Shown piece after piece: positions 25,027-34,833 of a DNA stretch of 36,473 bases; positions within the stretch are counted from its first letter, which is position 1, and each line of letters begins with the position of its first letter. The DNA is from a virus (taxonomy: Duplodnaviria; Caudoviricetes). The translations under genes and the position numbers were made by a program. The DNA is taken from the IMG/VR virus record IMGVR_UViG_3300033067_001710, positions 1 through 36,473 of that record. The stretch is one strand, 5' to 3'. The notes beneath the pieces were generated by a model that was not told the origin of the DNA, did no database searches, and saw only the letters and a program-made list of their open reading frames with translations.

Positions 25027-25811
25027 TTGAACCTCGCGAAATACGTTTCCAGCGCATATGTTTCAGTATCCGAAAGATATCCAACACATGAGAATATGGA
25101 ACATATGTAACAGTCGGCATGGTAGACGGTAGCACGTTGACACCCGATCCTGGGTGATAGGTCCGGTGATCCGGCAAATGGCGCAGCCGATACGTTGCCA
25201 GAAATCTTGGAAACACCGTCAACCCGAACATCAAAATCTGGAGTCTTTGAAAGATCGAATCTCCATGTAATGACATGGGATGTCCCGACAACAAGCGTTC
25301 CCGCAGCGGAAGCGCTGAAAATCACGGTAGCAGTGCCATTGAAACTCTCGACAAGCAAAGTCCCGTTATTGCTAGTTTCTCTGAATCCAATACCCTTTGA
25401 CGTAATTGCCGTGGAGTTCATTGTATTGAAAAAGAATGAACGGCTGGCATCGAAGGCGTTGAACCGCACCACGGAGATCATGGTGCACCCAGTGCCATCA
25501 TGTAGGTGCTGTCCGTAGCTTGCCGCTGATGTGTGGACAAGTTTGGTCGAATTGGCCTTGACAAATTGCGGTGCTCGATGACCGTTGATCGTGACATCGA
25601 GAGGCTGGTTGGCTTTGAGCGTGTCGTCAAAACTCCCACCTGCACTGCCTTTGTCAGGCCATGCACTGATGGTGGTCGCTGGGGGCCCGGTGTCGAGCAC
25701 GATATTGCCCTGCGTCGCCTCAACCCAGTATATAGGCGAGTATTTGGCAGGGAGCGGCTTTGGTGCGCCACCTGGAATAACTGGAGATATGGCGTTGGCT
25801 ATGGCTGGCAT
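25023..25811 (-). CDS. LamG/concanavalin-like virion fibre or spike protein
   Basis: ISAWPDKGSAG, ANQP...INGHRAPQF, VRVDG and LETYFARFK pattern; AGGAG RBS. Confidence 0.65.
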   Translation of the reverse strand: MPAIANAISPVIPGGAPKPLPAKYSPIYWVEATQGNIVLDTGPPATTISAWPDKGSAGGSFDDTLKANQPLDVTINGHRAPQFVKANSTKLVHTSAASYGQHLHDGTGCTMISVVRFNAFDASRSFFFNTMNSTAITSKGIGFRETSNNGTLLVESFNGTATVIFSASAAGTLVVGTSHVITWRFDLSKTPDFDVRVDGVSKISGNVSAAPFAGSPDLSPRIGCQRATVYHADCYICSIFSCVGYLSDTETYALETYFARFK

Positions 25812-25817
25812 GTGCGG

Positions 25818-26747
25818 TTATGCGCTCCTCAGGACCCGAGCTGTCAACGACATCGACCCGCTAACGTAACATGTCCCTGATCCCCCCGCAACGACCGCTC
25901 TTGGATGGATCACGACTGTTTGGGCTGATCCCATACTATACCGACCTTTCATTATCAAGGTGGAACCCGACGTTGCATGGTAGATCCTGTCCGTTCCAGC
26001 AATCGTATGATGTGATGATGAGAAATATGCTGATAAAAACGTATCTAGCACTAGAGTCGACGTGCACGCCATTCCGCAGGCGAACTCGCATTCGATGACG
26101 TCTCCAAGAAACGCTGACACTGTAACTGTATAGTCGGCCCCAGATGCCTGGATTGTATTATGCCCAGACAATTCTGTAAAGTTGTACAGAGGTGTCCCTG
26201 ATGTACTATGTGTGGAATGTTGTACATCTTGAACTAATTCTGTAATAAAAGAAGTACGCTGGCTGAACGCGATTGGGTTGGCCGCAGCGACTGCCGTCTG
26301 CACCCAAATCCCGTTTGCTGTGCCAGTCCAGCCACCGACGGTAAGGAGTTCGGCCGTGTTGGTCACGTCGTCACGTTGCCAGGCTCCGGCTGAATAGTAC
26401 GCATTTCTCGTAATATACAGCCCGTCCGCAGCGAATATCCTGTTTTTTATGGTCCCTGCACCGGCCGACTCCCACAACAACTTGTAAGAACTTGGACTAC
26501 TAGTCGTTTTGATGGCCGCATTGGCGTCTCCTGATTGTCCGTTTGCAATCAAATCATGCGCAACCGTTTGAGCCGCACTCCACGTATTCGCCTGGTCAAT
26601 CCAGCCTTTATGGTCATACAGGTTTTTCGTGCGATTCGCGATTATCTGTAGTGCCGTCTCGAAATTGGCCTCATTGAGTAGGTCGATGTCGTCCTCAAAC
26701 GACTGTAGGTTCGCAGCCCACACATCAGCGTCTGTCAGTGTTTTCAT
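25818..26747 (-). CDS. Tail fibre protein
   Basis: ALQIIANRTKNL baseplate-anchor motif and NTWSAAQT; follows the gpI-like gene. Confidence 0.75.
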   Translation of the reverse strand: MKTLTDADVWAANLQSFEDDIDLLNEANFETALQIIANRTKNLYDHKGWIDQANTWSAAQTVAHDLIANGQSGDANAAIKTTSSPSSYKLLWESAGAGTIKNRIFAADGLYITRNAYYSAGAWQRDDVTNTAELLTVGGWTGTANGIWVQTAVAAANPIAFSQRTSFITELVQDVQHSTHSTSGTPLYNFTELSGHNTIQASGADYTVTVSAFLGDVIECEFACGMACTSTLVLDTFLSAYFSSSHHTIAGTDRIYHATSGSTLIMKGRYSMGSAQTVVIHPRAVVAGGSGTCYVSGSMSLTARVLRSA

Positions 26748-27415
26748 GGCTCATTCACCGGGATAATGTCGGCGGATCCACCGCACGTTACGGACCCACA
26801 CATTGGATGACCACATAGGATTGTGTACCACCCAGCACTCGTGATGGCAACAATATACCTACACGTCGAGTGAGCGGCTTTCCATTTCCAAATCTGTTTT
26901 TTCCATAGTTGAATGTCATCTGCCGTGATTGCTGGCGGGGACCCCGCGTTGTACGCGTACCAGTCCAGCAAAATCACAAATCTGGTCCAATCGGTCGGTG
27001 TAGTTGTCCCCGATTGCCCGGCCGTGCGCAGCCAAACCATGGTTGCACCTGGCAATGTCGGCATTGTCCCGTCAGCATTCAATGGCTCGATCGTCCACCC
27101 GAGCGCGGCGAACGCATTGTAGATCCCGTACTCAGTCCCGGAGTGCAACCACGTTGACCATGCTGCCAACAATCGTGCTCGGTAGTCATCAGCCGACTCG
27201 TTCGGTGCCTGTTCAAGTCCGCGTGCTGCGCCGTGCTCTGCCAGTGCATCATCTGGACACAACCCAACAAACCTCGCCTTCACGCCATCTTTTGCCCATG
27301 CGACTAGCAGGTCGAGTTGTCCACCGAGCGCAGTTGTCCACCGTTTTCCCCACGGACCGTGGAGCCAAATCGGAGTGCGGGCTTGCAATCCCTCCGTCAA
27401 CGTGCGGTAGGTCAT
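26744..27415 (-). CDS. Baseplate/tail protein (P2 gpI-like)
   Basis: DALAEHGAARGL...ESADDYRARL...GTEYGI; follows the J-like gene. Confidence 0.75.
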   Translation of the reverse strand: MTYRTLTEGLQARTPIWLHGPWGKRWTTALGGQLDLLVAWAKDGVKARFVGLCPDDALAEHGAARGLEQAPNESADDYRARLLAAWSTWLHSGTEYGIYNAFAALGWTIEPLNADGTMPTLPGATMVWLRTAGQSGTTTPTDWTRFVILLDWYAYNAGSPPAITADDIQLWKKQIWKWKAAHSTCRYIVAITSAGWYTILCGHPMCGSVTCGGSADIIPVNEP

Positions 27416-28818
27416 ACCGACACCACAGTCAAACCGGCAAGCGATCCCTTGGTAACAACCTCATGCGCGAGCGGAGTGATGTCTGCGGCCGGGTTGGTCA
27501 ACGTGACGTTGCGAACCTCCGTGGCTGAGTACTGAAGAGCATCGATGATTTGCGACAGATATACCGTCTGTCCCGTGTCCATGAGAGCGAGTAACTCATC
27601 GAGCGCGGCCTCCGCCTCCGCCTTGGCCGTTGCCGCGTATGCGGAGTAGGCGTAGATCACTCCAGCTGGGTCGATGGGCAAATCCTTGGCAGACCGTGCG
27701 TACACCCAGATGCCAACACCGACTTTGGCATCGAAGTTTGCTTGCACGTCTTGGATTACGGTTGACGATAGAGCCCCTGCTGTCCCAGCACACGTGACGG
27801 TAACACCTCCGTAACCGCTCCCCCAATGGTATTCGTCCCCGTCCGTGTACGTACCAGCGGCGAACGTGACGGTGACACCGGTGGTCCCGAGGACGTAGGT
27901 GCCGCCTCCAGGCAACGTGATACCAGTGCCATCCCAAGTCGTCCCACCATCGGACGACCACCGAAACGTGCCTGCACCAAGGGCACCCGTCGTCAACACC
28001 TCGACCACGAAGGGGTACTGGTTGACGGGGACTCCTGATACAGACACTGATGGGCATGATGCCCCGATTGGATAGTCGATTACTGTCGAGTGACCAACCA
28101 TCGTGTCGACGCGCGCTTTGGTGACGGACACTGCAGAGTCGTGACCGTTGCGCGCGTAGTACCGATACCAGTCTGCATTTTGCCCGTAGCCAAGTGTCGA
28201 CCATTGATCCTGACACCGCGAGATCAGGTCGGCGTCCGTCTCTTCATCGGTCCCCTGCGTTGTGAGCCACGGAGACGTGTAGTTGTATGCCGATTGCCCG
28301 GTCAGATACGACACGCCCGGGAGTGGCGTGGACATCTCGGTGATTGCATCTGTCGCAACGTTGTACGCGGACCCGGACGACTCCGCCTGGACCGAAAACG
28401 CAACAGATCCCGATAGTGGGATTGTAAACCCAGCGGTGTTGTTGTATCTCAACCCGGTCGCGTCGGTAAACCACAGTTGGTTTGCAGCGATTGTGTACGG
28501 GCCTCCCCCAGCAACATCCTCAACCGTCAATGTGCCGACCGCAAACGTCGCTGCATACCGATCAAGTCCGAACACATTGCTCGCGAGCAGTGTGAGCCAT
28601 TTGCCGGTTGACAACGTTAGCAGCCCACCCGACGTGACCGAAACCAACGTTGAGCTGAACGACGAGTACACGGACGCAACGGCGTACAGCAGTCGGTATG
28701 GCACGCTAGTGCTGTACCAACCCGACGTCGGAAACCCGACTGACTGCAGTGCAGACAGCATGTCTGTCAGCACCTCATCTCGTGTTTTGGATGTGAGCAG
28801 TTCAGCGAGTATTGTCAT
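27412..28818 (-). CDS. Baseplate J/gp47-like wedge protein with an internal insertion domain
   Basis: STGKWLTLLA, VQAESSGSAYN, GTDEETDADLISRC, VYLSQIIDAL. Confidence 0.88.
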   Translation of the reverse strand: MTILAELLTSKTRDEVLTDMLSALQSVGFPTSGWYSTSVPYRLLYAVASVYSSFSSTLVSVTSGGLLTLSTGKWLTLLASNVFGLDRYAATFAVGTLTVEDVAGGGPYTIAANQLWFTDATGLRYNNTAGFTIPLSGSVAFSVQAESSGSAYNVATDAITEMSTPLPGVSYLTGQSAYNYTSPWLTTQGTDEETDADLISRCQDQWSTLGYGQNADWYRYYARNGHDSAVSVTKARVDTMVGHSTVIDYPIGASCPSVSVSGVPVNQYPFVVEVLTTGALGAGTFRWSSDGGTTWDGTGITLPGGGTYVLGTTGVTVTFAAGTYTDGDEYHWGSGYGGVTVTCAGTAGALSSTVIQDVQANFDAKVGVGIWVYARSAKDLPIDPAGVIYAYSAYAATAKAEAEAALDELLALMDTGQTVYLSQIIDALQYSATEVRNVTLTNPAADITPLAHEVVTKGSLAGLTVVSV

Positions 28819-29327
28819 TGCGTGCCTCTCAAGAGCGAAACGGAAACGTCATCGACACCGAGCACAAGAGAAAACGAACCGAACATTGTCTCCACGTCCA
28901 GGTCTGCAGTCACGGTAACACTCCGACGGTTGCCACCACCTGCACCGTACTCAACAGTCAACCCGCACCGAGTCCTAAACACGCGCTCGTCTTTTTCTGC
29001 CTCTCGCTCGATGGCGGTCTTGAGTTGCAAGAGCGTCTGGTCGTCCATTTTTGCATGCACCAACCGTCGGATGTCAAAACCGGCGTTGGGATCATCGGGT
29101 AGAGACCCCCGCGGGGTGCACAGACGACGGCAAACTGCCTCGGCAACAACGCGTTGCCCTGTGATGGTCCGAAACGATGGGTCGAGGTCTGGCGTTGTTT
29201 GGGTTGTGCCAGCCCAGGTGGTGCAGTCGCTCCCGTAGTCGGTTGCGGTTGTGCTCACACGCCGGGCGGATGTCACTCCGGTTGTCGGTGTCGATGCTGG
29301 TATGATTGGAAAAGAAAACGATGGCAT
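28815..29327 (-). CDS. Baseplate wedge protein, gp25/gp46-like
   Basis: RRLCTPRGSLPDDPNAGFD...IEREAEKDERV. Confidence 0.8.
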   Translation of the reverse strand: MPSFSFPIIPASTPTTGVTSARRVSTTATDYGSDCTTWAGTTQTTPDLDPSFRTITGQRVVAEAVCRRLCTPRGSLPDDPNAGFDIRRLVHAKMDDQTLLQLKTAIEREAEKDERVFRTRCGLTVEYGAGGGNRRSVTVTADLDVETMFGSFSLVLGVDDVSVSLLRGTQ

Positions 29328-30640
29328 TAGACCGCCAGATTCCCCGAGGCGTCATTGGGGCTCACGTAGATGGTGGGTGGATAGGTCCATCCGCCGGTCC
29401 TGCGAACGACGAAATCAAACCCGCCAGACACAGCTGCCTTAGTACTGCTCGCATACATGCCGACGTACCCAGTCTCGTCATGGGCCAGCTCGCGATTGGT
29501 CCCTTGCTGTACCGAGATGATGACGCGTGACAACGACGTCTCATCGGTAACTCGTATAGTCACTGCGTCTGTCGACAGGACTGCAGTGCCAGCCACTGGC
29601 GAGATCAACGTGACAACTGGAGACGTCGTGTCAGCAATCGTTCCGAGGCCAATCGCGTACCCATCGACGTCGGAGTTTGCCCCGTACGTGAGAGCTTGAG
29701 TCCCGTTCCACGGCACAACGAGCGCACCAAACTGAGCATGCGTACGTGATGTGTCCGCCGGGTATTGTGTTCCAGTGCCGCGACCATTGGACCCAAGCCA
29801 CAGATCGATAAACTGGCCCTTGCGACCTCGATGCGAGGCCGTTGGGCACGCCAGACCTGCTGACCCAATTGCCCAAGCCGCCGAATCATCGTCGGCATAT
29901 GTCTGCAGCTCGCCAAACAGGTTGGTCAAGTAACCCTCTGCCGTAGCGTAAAATGTGACGGAGGCACCTGCAATCCACCCATGCCAATTGGCATTGTCTG
30001 TCAACGCGACGTATGTCGGAGCACCAGAACCGTTGTACAGAGTGGTCACTGCAATGCCGTCCCACCCGGTCAACGTTGGGTCAGTCGTATCAAACACCCA
30101 ACCCCATATCGAGTATCCGTTGCGGCACAAAAACACGCGGGTTGATTGCCCATCGGTGCTGTGCTGCACATGGAGATACAGGTTTGCACTCCCAGTACCG
30201 CCGAACATTGCACCCAGCGCGAGCGTTACAACCTCATCTATTGCTGTTGGCCGTGCCGATTTCGTCCCGTCCGTACCTCCATTCGCAGCTCCAAACCCGG
30301 TTTTGGAGATGATGATCTCGCCGTTTTCTGGCGTGATTTGGCGTAGGTCGATGCAAACATGTAGCCCTGTCGGTTGGCTGAGCACAATCCAAGAGTGCGG
30401 GACCCCAGCTGTGTTGTGCACGATGGAGCCAGGCACGGTCCAGCGGTTGACGTGATCCCCATTGCCAACGGCAACAGCATCAGATGCTCCCCACACTGTC
30501 CATGGTTGGGTTGCAAACCCGGTCAATGTCGCGACCAACGTGATAAATGTGGTCGCGATTTGTGCAGTCATCGTCCCGGGATATGGGATCGACTGGTTGA
30601 CGTTGTACTGCCATGTCCTGTGTACAGTCGGAAGAGCCAT
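29327..30640 (-). CDS. Virion-associated hypothetical protein with a C-terminal Ig-like domain
   Basis: 437 aa, Thr/Gly-rich; DTTSPVVTLISP...VTDE...DASGN; TAATG coupling on both sides. Confidence 0.65.
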   Translation of the reverse strand: MALPTVHRTWQYNVNQSIPYPGTMTAQIATTFITLVATLTGFATQPWTVWGASDAVAVGNGDHVNRWTVPGSIVHNTAGVPHSWIVLSQPTGLHVCIDLRQITPENGEIIISKTGFGAANGGTDGTKSARPTAIDEVVTLALGAMFGGTGSANLYLHVQHSTDGQSTRVFLCRNGYSIWGWVFDTTDPTLTGWDGIAVTTLYNGSGAPTYVALTDNANWHGWIAGASVTFYATAEGYLTNLFGELQTYADDDSAAWAIGSAGLACPTASHRGRKGQFIDLWLGSNGRGTGTQYPADTSRTHAQFGALVVPWNGTQALTYGANSDVDGYAIGLGTIADTTSPVVTLISPVAGTAVLSTDAVTIRVTDETSLSRVIISVQQGTNRELAHDETGYVGMYASSTKAAVSGGFDFVVRRTGGWTYPPTIYVSPNDASGNLAV

Positions 30641-30906
30641 TACGTGACCTTGAGTGTTTGCTTGAGGAGTGGTGGTCCCGTTGCTGCACCTGGGGTTGTC
30701 GAGGTCTGCAGTGCACCAGTCGTGATGTCGATGTCGACATCAGCGTTGGTAGTGATCTCGGTAACGATTGCAGCTGCAATAGAGGTAGATAGGTCGGAGC
30801 AAAAATCAGTGAGCGCTTGGTTGTCAGTCACCCATGCCCGGGCGAGCATGGCCGACCGCAGTGCTGTCGCGATTGCTGTCCCAAGTCGACTTGCATCGAG
30901 AGCCAT
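30640..30906 (-). CDS. Small baseplate-region protein (spike-associated position)
   Basis: MALDASRLG...IAAAIVTEITTNADV; directly after the spike gene. Confidence 0.7.
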   Translation of the reverse strand: MALDASRLGTAIATALRSAMLARAWVTDNQALTDFCSDLSTSIAAAIVTEITTNADVDIDITTGALQTSTTPGAATGPPLLKQTLKVT

Positions 30907-32019
30907 CTACTCAGCCTTGACTTTGGTTGATCCGGTCACGATTGTCCCTGCAAACGGTCCCGCTTGCACGGGGTCAGTATGACGCGCAACTCCAAGCAGT
31001 GCAAGAGCGCCCAGTTTGATTGCGGAAGCGGCCTTGATAGTCACAGACCCCGTAGTCTCGATCTCCAGATTGATGGCCTGCGATGTTTGCCACAGATGCG
31101 CGATGGGTGCCGCTGGACTGCCGTTTTCAAAACCGACGAGCACGCGTGACCCCTTGGGTACCTCAACTAGAAGTCCAGGGATCCCAACCCGCAATGGTAT
31201 CGCAGTCAGACCCGGGCCGAACCGTTGGTCATCGAGACGGACATCGAGACGGTCAACTCCAGCCGAGCGCGACCACGCAACAACCGACCCAGGGTACAAC
31301 GCGAGATAGTCCATGCGCCGGGTCTTTTCGTCGACGATCGCCTCAAGCCCGGACCTCGCTTGCTCTGTCTCAAACTGCAACTCTGTCCTCAAGTTTGGTC
31401 CGGACAGCATGTGTCTGACAGCAGCAACTCGCCGACCATTAAATGTCTCTCCCGGGAAAACCAACGGGGCATCGGCTGCGATGACAAGTCTCCGTTGGTC
31501 GGGGCGATCATCAATGACAACCCACGACTCGATGGCAGATGCCGGCCATGTGTCGGTCCCGATCCAGGTGGTCCCGTCCGTCAACACCCGGCGTTGCGCG
31601 CCTATATGGTCGAGCAACTCCCGTAGTTGATCCTTGGCCTTGCCTTCGCGGCGCACCCAATGCGCCAAAAATGTATTGAGTGCAGTTGCATCCGATGTCG
31701 AGGCCAACGTCACACCGACGTCGCGTGAAATGTCACCAAGCACAATTGAGGCCGGCACCCCCTTGTATGCCTTGCCGGGCAACACGTCTGTCAATCTCCC
31801 CGACCCACCGACCAACTGCACCTGTACCCGGCCGTTGACAACTCCAGTCCTCAGCACTGTCCCGACGAGCTGTATTGCCCCGTCGGCCAACGACAATGTT
31901 GACGACCCATCAAAATCTGCGTCACCATCGACCGACACACGAGCAGTCCACGTGCCGACGAGCGGCATATCAACCGTGGCGTCAATAGCGGGGCGGTTGT
32001 CGAGTCTGACGTGGCTCAT
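30907..32019 (-). CDS. Baseplate hub plus central-spike fusion protein
   Basis: MPLVGTWTARV hub-like N-terminus; DYLALYPG...GSRVLVGFENGSPAAP OB-fold; GTIVTGSTKVKA end. Confidence 0.72.
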   Translation of the reverse strand: MSHVRLDNRPAIDATVDMPLVGTWTARVSVDGDADFDGSSTLSLADGAIQLVGTVLRTGVVNGRVQVQLVGGSGRLTDVLPGKAYKGVPASIVLGDISRDVGVTLASTSDATALNTFLAHWVRREGKAKDQLRELLDHIGAQRRVLTDGTTWIGTDTWPASAIESWVVIDDRPDQRRLVIAADAPLVFPGETFNGRRVAAVRHMLSGPNLRTELQFETEQARSGLEAIVDEKTRRMDYLALYPGSVVAWSRSAGVDRLDVRLDDQRFGPGLTAIPLRVGIPGLLVEVPKGSRVLVGFENGSPAAPIAHLWQTSQAINLEIETTGSVTIKAASAIKLGALALLGVARHTDPVQAGPFAGTIVTGSTKVKAE

Positions 32020-32660
32020 GGGTCTGCGCTTGTCGCTTTTTCAGTTTCGTAGAACTTCTTCTCGATCTCAGCATCCGTCAACCCAGCAGCCGCGTCGACT
32101 AACCCGAGCCCAGGTGGAGCACCTGTGTTGAATAATCCGTCTTTTATATAATCCGGTTCATTCCGCCACAACCAGTCCCGAGCCATTTCGCTACGAGTAG
32201 GCGTAGTCGATGTGCTCTTTTTCGGCACCTTTGGAGCAGGACGCCATTCAGTGATCTTTATCTTCACTTCACGTGTTTGCGGGATACTTCCATCTTGTGG
32301 CAAAGATACCTCTTCAACATAAACAGAATTGATTCCGTGGAGCGCCAAAACCGGGTGAACGACGTCAACCGGGGACAACTTGCCCTTGTGCGTCACTGGA
32401 TTGATGATAGGTAGAATCTCCTGATATTGCTCCCAATGGTATTCTGTCCACATTATCAGGGCTAGCTCTATCTCGGCTGCGTTGGCACCATCATCGGTGA
32501 TTGTCGCACCATCAGCCCCCTTGGCGTTCTTCTTGTCCAGCTTTCTCGACAATGTTCCTGCAATGCGGACAATGCCAGGGAGCTTTATCCCTGCAAGTGT
32601 ACACGTGTCATACAGGTGTGGAGCAGCAGTCCAGTGTGGTATCCCGGCAATCGCACTCAT
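32016..32660 (-). CDS. Tail tube initiator / baseplate hub-associated protein
   Basis: Directly after tape measure; LAGIKLPG, GADGATITDDG, VVHPVL, TEWRP. Confidence 0.65.
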   Translation of the reverse strand: MSAIAGIPHWTAAPHLYDTCTLAGIKLPGIVRIAGTLSRKLDKKNAKGADGATITDDGANAAEIELALIMWTEYHWEQYQEILPIINPVTHKGKLSPVDVVHPVLALHGINSVYVEEVSLPQDGSIPQTREVKIKITEWRPAPKVPKKSTSTTPTRSEMARDWLWRNEPDYIKDGLFNTGAPPGLGLVDAAAGLTDAEIEKKFYETEKATSADP

Positions 32661-32672
32661 GTGTCACACCAG

Positions 32673-32688
32673 TGTTTCACGTGAAACA
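32673..32688. promoter_or_regulatory. parS: parS-consensus palindrome 3, in the 28-bp gap after the tape-measure stop
   Basis: TGTTTCACGTGAAACA. Confidence 0.85.
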
Positions 32689-34653
32689 TCATAGGTCAAG
32701 CTCAGCTAGCATCCCCTTGAATTCAGCGCGAGCACGCGCAATCAACTCGTCTGGAGTTAGCCCCGCTCCTGATATGTTGAGGGTAAACGTGTTTGTTTTG
32801 GGTCCGCCCTCCCCGCGTTTTTGCGAGCCAGACTCCGCCTGCATCGACGGCACGGGGACATTGGCACCTGCATATCCAAACCCTCCAGGAGCCATCATGG
32901 CAGATGCGCCTACACCAGCTGGGACTGTGCCACCACCGAACCCTGGTATCCCACCCGCAAGGCTCGCCAAGGTGTTTTTCGCGCTACTTGTCAGACCCTC
33001 TCCTATTCTGCTCATTTTGCCGCTTAGGTCACTTCCGCTTAGCAAGTCGATCAGCGCTGCGACCGCGTACACAACACCCCACACCGCAGCACCAATCAGC
33101 ACAATGCCACCCATGACCACCGCGGCAGTGGCTGCGACTAACGCCAGCCCAACGACAAACACTCCAATGAGGATACCTCCCACCACAGATAGAGCCCCTG
33201 CGATAAACCCAAGCGCATTCCCGATTTTACCGAGCGCTTCCGCGAACTCTTTCGGGTTGTCAGGGTTAAAGTCCATTCCTCCAAAGAGTCTGGCCAACGG
33301 GGCGAATCCGGCAGAAAACCCAGTTGCGAACCCTAACACAGCCTTGACTAAAGCTGGTAATATCTTTTCTGTATAATTCAGGATCTTGTCGAAATATACC
33401 GATATGTTTGCAATTCCAAGTTCGGCTGACACTTTGGCCAGCCCATCTCCCAACATGTCGATGATACCGACAATCCGTTTTCCGCTCTCAGACGCCGGGT
33501 CGAGAGCGTCAGCCAAAAACTGTGCCACTTTTTTGACGCCTTCGGCGAATTTGGACAACCCACCAGGTTTTTCAAAAGCTGCGAAAAACAGTTCGGTCGG
33601 ACGCGAGACGAGCGTGGAGATGATGCCAGTGAGAGTCTTTGACAGTTTACCCATTCCACCACCGAACTTGGATTCGATGGTGCCAAGAATGGCGTCAATC
33701 GCTACCTCCGACGAGATCTTTCCAGCCTCCTGCATCTTGCGCACTTCATCTCTTGTTTTTCCAAGTTTATTGCCGAGCGAGTCCATGACGTCTGCCGTCG
33801 ACAATCCGGCTTCCGCCAATTGCAACAGCTCGTCGCCCTGGAGTCGCCCCTTGCCACGGATTTGACCCAAAACGACAGATAGCCGTTGGATTAGGGTCGG
33901 ATCTCCCTTTATAGCAGCAAGGTCTCCAATTGCTGAAAAAGTGCGTTCGAGTTCGGCCGGTTTGAACCCAAAGCCGAGCAGGCTCTTGTAAGCGGAGATC
34001 ACATCAGTTGTCTGGAAAGGTGTGATAGATGCCATCCGCACGGCAGACTTGAACACATTGTCCGCCGCTGTCTTGCTCTTTGTCAACGTCTCCAGCGACA
34101 ATAGCGACGTCTCGCGAAACGCACCTGCTGTCAACGCCGCTTTGGCAAACGACATTGCCATACTGCCAGCAACATATGCGGCTCCTGTGCCGATAAGTGC
34201 GATAGCTCCGGCCGCTGCCACGGCAGCACCCGCAACACTGGCCAGCCCACCTACACCGGCTCTAACCACCCCACCCAGCGAGGAACCAACTTCTTGGAGC
34301 GCGTCGTCCGCGCGGCCCATCGCGCTCGCCACACGTATCGCACCACCACCTATCTGTGGGCCAAATACCCTCCCGATCCCCTGAAATATCTTGGCGGCAT
34401 TTCCAAGTTTTGGCTTGGCACCGAATTGACCTCCTACGCCGAAAAGCCCTCCAAAACCCGCAGCAACCCCACCACCACCACCGCCTGTACCGCTTTTTTT
34501 GAAAACCCGACCCATTGCCTTGTCGGTCTTTTTGAGGTCATCCTCAAGTCTGCCCAAAGCGGTCGAAATCCCCTTGACCCCAGCCGAGGCTTTTTTCGCA
34601 GGACCGCTTATAAGGTCGTCAAGCGCGACACCTATACGGATAGAGTCACCCAT
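32689..34653 (-). CDS. Tail tape measure protein
   Basis: 654 aa, Ala/Gly-rich; ASITPFQT, GQIRGKGRLQGDELLQLAEAG, GKISSE. Confidence 0.93.
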   Translation of the reverse strand: MGDSIRIGVALDDLISGPAKKASAGVKGISTALGRLEDDLKKTDKAMGRVFKKSGTGGGGGGVAAGFGGLFGVGGQFGAKPKLGNAAKIFQGIGRVFGPQIGGGAIRVASAMGRADDALQEVGSSLGGVVRAGVGGLASVAGAAVAAAGAIALIGTGAAYVAGSMAMSFAKAALTAGAFRETSLLSLETLTKSKTAADNVFKSAVRMASITPFQTTDVISAYKSLLGFGFKPAELERTFSAIGDLAAIKGDPTLIQRLSVVLGQIRGKGRLQGDELLQLAEAGLSTADVMDSLGNKLGKTRDEVRKMQEAGKISSEVAIDAILGTIESKFGGGMGKLSKTLTGIISTLVSRPTELFFAAFEKPGGLSKFAEGVKKVAQFLADALDPASESGKRIVGIIDMLGDGLAKVSAELGIANISVYFDKILNYTEKILPALVKAVLGFATGFSAGFAPLARLFGGMDFNPDNPKEFAEALGKIGNALGFIAGALSVVGGILIGVFVVGLALVAATAAVVMGGIVLIGAAVWGVVYAVAALIDLLSGSDLSGKMSRIGEGLTSSAKNTLASLAGGIPGFGGGTVPAGVGASAMMAPGGFGYAGANVPVPSMQAESGSQKRGEGGPKTNTFTLNISGAGLTPDELIARARAEFKGMLAELDL

Positions 34654-34659
34654 TGTAGG

Positions 34660-34833
34660 TCATTTACTCCCAAGGGATTTGGCGATAATGCGGAGTAGGT
34701 CGATGCCCGTCGCGAGGTGCAGTGCTCCCGACATCGACCGCACCTCATCCCCACTACACAACAGCGCGTGGAGGTCCTCGGCGGTCGCGTACAGATTGGT
34801 CTGCCCCGACCGCCACCGAGCAACTATTTTTTT
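34660..34833 (-). CDS. -1 frame extension of the tail assembly chaperone (gpGT-like)
   Basis: Slippery GCA AAA AAA TAG at 34835-34824; the -1 frame is open (IVARWRSGQTNLY...IAKSLGSK) to TGA at 34662-34660, just before the TMP start. Confidence 0.75.
   Translation of the reverse strand, partial: KKIVARWRSGQTNLYATAEDLHALLCSGDEVRSMSGALHLATGIDLLRIIAKSLGSK

Noticed and set aside
34632-34823. In-frame ORF after the chaperone TAG, suggesting stop read-through or recoding
   Set aside because: It overlaps the TMP start and looks non-protein-like. The -1 frame with a canonical slippery heptamer fits better, and genes elsewhere end normally at TAG, TAA and TGA.
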